Shown here piece by piece: positions 55,900-64,000 of a stretch of 64,000 bases of DNA. This DNA is from Balamuthia mandrillaris (Eukaryota), in assembly GCA_031835245.2 (NCBI GenBank), contig JAVKOQ020000023.1, forward strand, positions 62,001 through 126,000, given 5' to 3'. The stretch's first letter is position 1, and each line of letters starts with the position of its first letter. The notes under the pieces were generated by a model. The model saw only the letters and a list, made by a program, of their open reading frames with translations, was not told where the DNA came from and ran no database searches. Position numbers and translations under genes: made by a program.

Positions 55900-56437
55900 C
55901 AAGGCCGAGAACGAATGGGGTAATGAGTAACGTACATGGGGTCTAGTCGGCATGGAGTTCCTGCTCTGCTCAATGCGCTGGGCCAGGTTCTTTATCTGGT
56001 CCGCGTTAAGGTGCTTCTCCATCTCTGGAAGGATGTTAGATTCCAGATGCTCCATATGGCTCATGGTCAACTGCAAATAGCAGAACGTAAGAAGAAAGCA
56101 CACCAAACAAATGAGTGACAAAAGTACATACCCTGATAACTTCATTCAGGTTCGAGTCCCATTGAGTGTTGTCAGGGCTCAGCTTGGTGAGCTCGTTGAG
56201 AGAGGACTCGATGTTGAGGTTATCCTCTAGCGCCCTCCTGACCAGTTGGTCTCCGTTGGGAAGATTCTTCCTGATCTCCGGGTAGAGATGCCTGGTCTCC
56301 AAGTTGTTGTGAATGCAGATCTCCTTGATGAGCTCGTTCCCGAGGTTCTTCTTGTTCTCGAGGTCAGAGGAGGTCTTGTGCTGGTCCCAAAGCCTCTTGA
56401 TGTTGAGGTTATCCTTCCTGAGCCAAGATTGCAACAT
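55753..56437 (-). CDS. Hemerythrin (HHE)-like protein, 3 exons, partly degenerate ligands
   Basis: ELIKEICIH...E...LYP, SH...LE..ILP.M, and C-terminal MPTRPHPH.P...MAAP.DR..D, typical of HHE-domain proteins. Confidence 0.8.
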
Positions 56438-57128
56438 TGTGGTGTAGTGTTATCAAGCGTTGTCGTAGTAGTTGTTTGACGAAAACAAAGTGTCGTTTGA
56501 ATCCGGTTTTTATACAGGAGGTTGCCGGGGTTGTCGCCTACCAAGAAGATCAGGAGTGGCCGCTGGATTTCGATGGATTGGGTTGCTCCAATGGCGTTGC
56601 TCCCAATCATATAGCCCCACCAATGGGAGGCATGGCAGGGGTGCCTTTTCATCAGAATTTCCAGCAAGGGTGTTGCAAACAATCGGTTGACCCGAACCGA
56701 ACCGAGTCAACGGGAGCTTCTACCCCGAGAAACCATGTGGTCCGCACGGGGAGGCCGAAGGGAGATGCCCATGCCCATGCTCTCCTTTGTTTCTTTGCTT
56801 TTGCGTAAAATTTCTCCACATTCGGGACGTCACGAATTGTCGACAATGGAAGAAATGTATCCTTTTTTAGGCCATCATGCCCAGAAATAGAGAAAACATC
56901 CTTCTCAGCAAAAAAGCACAGGGAAACACAGCTGCTTTTTTTTTTTTGTTTGTGGGGAGAGAGAGGGAGAAGGCTGCTGCTGCTGAGTGAGCACATACAT
57001 ACTAAAGAGAAAAAAAGGAACCCTTGAAAACCTCCTCCCACTTGCCTCCCTCCGAACTATTGTTTGGGTCGAAAGAACAAGTTTGAATTCGCTTAGGCCA
57101 CCTCAGCTGAGCAAATTATTACAAGCTA

Positions 57129-60292
<3,164 letters not shown>

Positions 60293-60388
60293 GGTAAACG
60301 AGAGAAGGGAGAGGAGAGTGAGAGAGAACAACATACAACAACAAAACAAAACAATACTTTCTGTACAAACAAAAAAAAAAACAAGCTT

Positions 60389-63387
60389 TCATTCTTCTTT
60401 TGCAAGCATTGAATGATGATGAAGAAAAGTGTTGGGAGATGATGTGCCGGAGAATCTTGCTTTCAAGGCTTGTCTTCGTTGTTCGACTGACAACGACGAC
60501 GCAGTTGACGGCGAGTTGAGCATTTGGTGCAACGTTTGGACAGTCTTTTTCAACTCTCTTTTCATCCATCTGGTGCCAGCGAGGAATTGCGTTTTGGTAG
60601 TGGCTACATCGTTGTCTGCTTCTTCTTCCGTTCCCTCGTCGATGATGTGAAGCTTCATAACTGAGTCGCCGAATATGTCTTCGTCTCTGTACGGTTTTGT
60701 TGGAAGGGAGGATATCGAAGGTACTTTGTCTTGTTGTTGTTTTTCTTGTTCATCTTGTTCTTCTGCTTCTTCTTTTTCGTCTTCTTCTTCTTCTTGTTCT
60801 TCTTGTTCTTCTTCTTCTTCTTCTTCTTCTTCTTCTTCTTCTTCTTCTTTGTCTTTTAATGTTGTCTCTTCATTCCTTTTAGGAGCATCGTCCAGTGTTG
60901 CGAGATTTAGTTTTTGGACCTTTGTGATTCTAGGCAATGAAGTTCCTGACGGAGCTTCATGAAATGGTGATGTAATACAAGCTCCTAGCCGCTTCCATTC
61001 TTCGACAAGCTGCGTTACAGGCATTTCCCGTTCCTCCCCTTCTGATCCTTTTACAGCTACAGCATTCACGTTGTTTCCTTTGTGCGGTGGGTACGTTGAG
61101 TGGAAAACGTTGCGTTGTCGTGTAGCAAAAGAAGAAGTTTGATGCTGTAACGGTGATGACGGAATCTTCGCGGTACCGCATGTGCGCTTTGCATGGAACC
61201 AACGTTCAGAGTTTCGAATGGGAGATGGTATCGTCATCATTGGTGTAGCTGCTGGTGAATGGATCTGTTTCGTATTTTCTTCTTCTTGCTCAAGTTTTAT
61301 TACGGATGTTATGTGACGATGAAGCAGCGTTTCTGCACGATCGATAAGCCTTCTCTTTTTCAGACGGTGGGAGGCGTTCCGTGAGGACATGGAAGAGGAA
61401 GAAAAGTTTGACGGACTGGGTCGAGGAGATATGTTGGGAGAAGGCCAACAACCGAGTGGTACTTTTACTCTTGGCGAAGCGGAGGAAGGTGGTTTTTGCT
61501 TTTGCGGTACTAGGAGCGGTTGATGCAACGTCTTCTCCTCTCGCTTGCAAGTAAGCCGCTCGAATGAGTGACGTTGCTTAGAAGAAGACTTTGGACGCTG
61601 AGAAGGCGTAGAAGGAAGAGAGGCGAGTAGTGAATGAGGAGAATTGTGAAGCTTCATTGAAGCAGACACGGAGAGGAGACGAGCTTTGCTCGGAGTAATC
61701 TGAGCAAGGCAATAGTGACTAGACGAAGGGAAAGGTGCAATAGAAGAGGAAGACGAACGACAACGTTGAGTCCTTCTGTGCAAGAGGCCAACTTTCTTTC
61801 GTGGAGGAGGTGGCATCTGTGTGATTTGTTTGCTGCTGGACTGCGTGCCTTCCTCTTCTATTTCTTCTTCCTGAAGCAGAATGCAAAGTGAGATGAATGA
61901 ACCTGTTCCCACTGGTAGAAGACACAATCATCGTGGTACCTTTGGCTTTGTTCGAGGCAGCTTCACGATGATAGGCGGTGGATATCGGAAGCGGGCGCTC
62001 TCCTCGTTCCCACGATGGCTCCTCCCCCACCTCACGAGCTTGTCGTTGCTCGTGCCCAACTCCTCCCCTTTGCTGCTTCGAAGGGTAGCAGCCGCCAATG
62101 CGCCTCCTCCTCCATCCATTTTCATCATCCCTAGTTTGTTCTGTTAACTGCCTGCCTAGCTTGCTTGCCTCCTTCCTTCCTTCTTACTTTGCTTGCTTGC
62201 CTGGTTTGTTGCTACTCTTTTCGCTACGTTTTTTCGGTGTTGTGTGTTACACTCACTACATTTTTTTGTTGGTGTAGTAAATCGATGATATGTCCATGTA
62301 CACAGTACGGTAAGGGGGAGGATGTGCTACTCATTGAAGGAGGAGGAGGGAGGCCATCAGCAGCTTTTTTCTTGCTCCTGCTCATCATCCAGCAGTTCGC
62401 CCAGGTAATCCGTTTGGGACTTTGCGGGAAAGAGAAGAAAGGGTCATTCAAGAGAATGGTGGAGAGCGAGAGAGAGAGAGAGAGAACGAACCAACTGATA
62501 AGCCAGGGGACCCTTGTTCCAATCGTTCGAGAAGGTGGAGGAGGCACTGCCATCACCATTGTTGTCACTCTCCCCCATCAGCAACTCCTCCATGTTCAGC
62601 AAAGCTGCCTGAACACCATCTTCATCTTCATCTTCACCCAACGTTTTGCTCTCTTGCTGTTGTTTTTGTTGTTCTTCCAGAAGTAACAAAGAGGTAAGTT
62701 GGCTGCCTATTCGTGATCCTCCGAGCATTCGGTTGTGGTTCGTTGCTTGTTGTTGTTGTTGATGTGTTGAAGAGGTAGAGGTGGAGAGTGGGTCTGCCAA
62801 AGAGAAAAAGTTTTGTGAATCTCCTCCACCTCCTCCGCCGCCCCAGAGATCCTCCAGTTGTGACGGCATCTCGTCAAGTGCGCTCTGCGTCGGTTGCTTT
62901 TTCACAGGAAAAAATAAGATCAACAGCGAAATCAAACAAACAAACAACAAAAACGTACTGATGGTTCTGTTTCTTCTTCATAGTCAGAGGCTGAGGAAGA
63001 CGAGGGAGGCAGGGACTCTGACTGAAAGGAAAAAGCGTCAAAATGTCCCCTTTTCCTCGTTCTCCTCCTTCCCTTCCTGTGTCTTTTGTTGGAATGGTTG
63101 GCTCCGTTGTGCAGGGGCGTTTCTTCCGGAGAAGAAGAGCGTAGCAGCCGGCTGGGGCTAACATCGAGGGTACGTGAGCCGAAAGAGAGCCGTTGAGAGG
63201 GGATGGCGACGTTCAAAGAGCAACATATCTGGGGCAGGTAGCCCTCTTGCTGGATTCTTCGTTGGATCTCCGCTATCTTTTCTGGCTCAGGTTCTGGTTC
63301 GGAGGAAGCAACCTCCTCTTCATCCTCATCTTTCGCACATCTTTGCATCTCTCTCTTTTGTTTTCCCTTTTGTACTTCCGCATTCAT
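60389..63387 (-). CDS. Uncharacterised low-complexity protein (multi-exon, boundaries uncertain)
   Basis: Long minus-strand ORFs (512, 66, 168 and 151 aa) are separated by GT-AG pyrimidine-rich gaps. A C-terminal coiled-coil-like segment is present, but no domain was recognised. Confidence 0.5.
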
Positions 63388-64000
63388 CCTGTGTTCTCTT
63401 GATCTTAGGATCCAAGATCAAAACGATCGACGGGACAACCCACACACCGCCAGGTACGCACGTTCAAAGCTTGGCGCAAACAACTTTGTTCGTTTTCCAA
63501 TTATCATCATGCCAATCATCGTAACAATTATTACCCAAGCAAAACGATCCCGTGCCAAACTTGTCCATGAAAAACGGAGAGAAATCCCTGGACATCATTG
63601 TTAGTGTTGGGTCCTTATGCGAAGCATAGGGTTCCGTAATTTCATAATGGACCATACCCAGATGGTTTTCCTTTTTATGTCGCGAAAACTTGGAGCGAAA
63701 AAACAAAACGGAAAAGAGTGTTATAGTGCCGCTCCCTAGGTGCACAAGTCCTTGGCACACACCCGGAAGATTCCTTCTCTCTCCTTTTTTTTTTTCCTTA
63801 TCGCTTGATTTTCTGAAAGAAAAGAGAACCCAAGGTGGAGAAGACCGAATACGACCGATAAAGGCACAAAAGAAAAAGGCTCCTGCTTGGGAAAGATTGT
63901 TTTTGATTTTTGTTTTTTCACAAGTTGCCTGGGCCTCCTGTTCCACCATAAGGTAGAAGAAAGAGTAACAACAAGGCGGCAAGAAGAAGAAGCAAAAAAA

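Noticed and set aside
56856..56866. GTATCCTTTT resembling a U12 5' splice site after a short ATG
   Set aside because: I found no convincing U12 branch site, and splicing to the nearest acceptor is out of frame with the RhoGAP ORF.

Overview
Gene-dense eukaryotic DNA with short GT-AG introns, many filled with microsatellites, and intergenic gaps of about 0.1-0.7 kb. Gene content and intron style suggest an amoebozoan, possibly Balamuthia/Acanthamoeba-like (inference). About 24 spliced genes can be reconstructed: MBIP-like, a TKL kinase, a tandem calpain-III/VCA protein, LRR-PP2C, IWR1, TRAPPC12, a NIF/FCP1-type phosphatase, KRR1, two tandem kinesins (one damaged and abutting a transposase relic and half a tRNA), a PPR protein, a fused omega6-like/delta9 desaturase, an LRR protein, CENATAC/CCDC84, NADAR, NOP6-like, DUF504, a dual-specificity phosphatase, a DUF692/MNIO enzyme, USP, an AGC kinase, a BPL_N/GATase-like protein, a hemerythrin-like protein, a RhoGAP and one unknown protein. 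The most striking items are (1) an intron-containing ChrH-like multinuclear non-heme iron oxidase (DUF692, normally a bacterial RiPP-modifying enzyme) with intact metal ligands and no visible precursor or partner, and (2) a protein with five non-catalytic calpain domain-III repeats fused to a WAVE-like poly-Pro/WH2/C/A tail, a candidate new Arp2/3 activator. All family calls come from motif recognition by eye, and exon boundaries are manual and approximate; no database searches were run.
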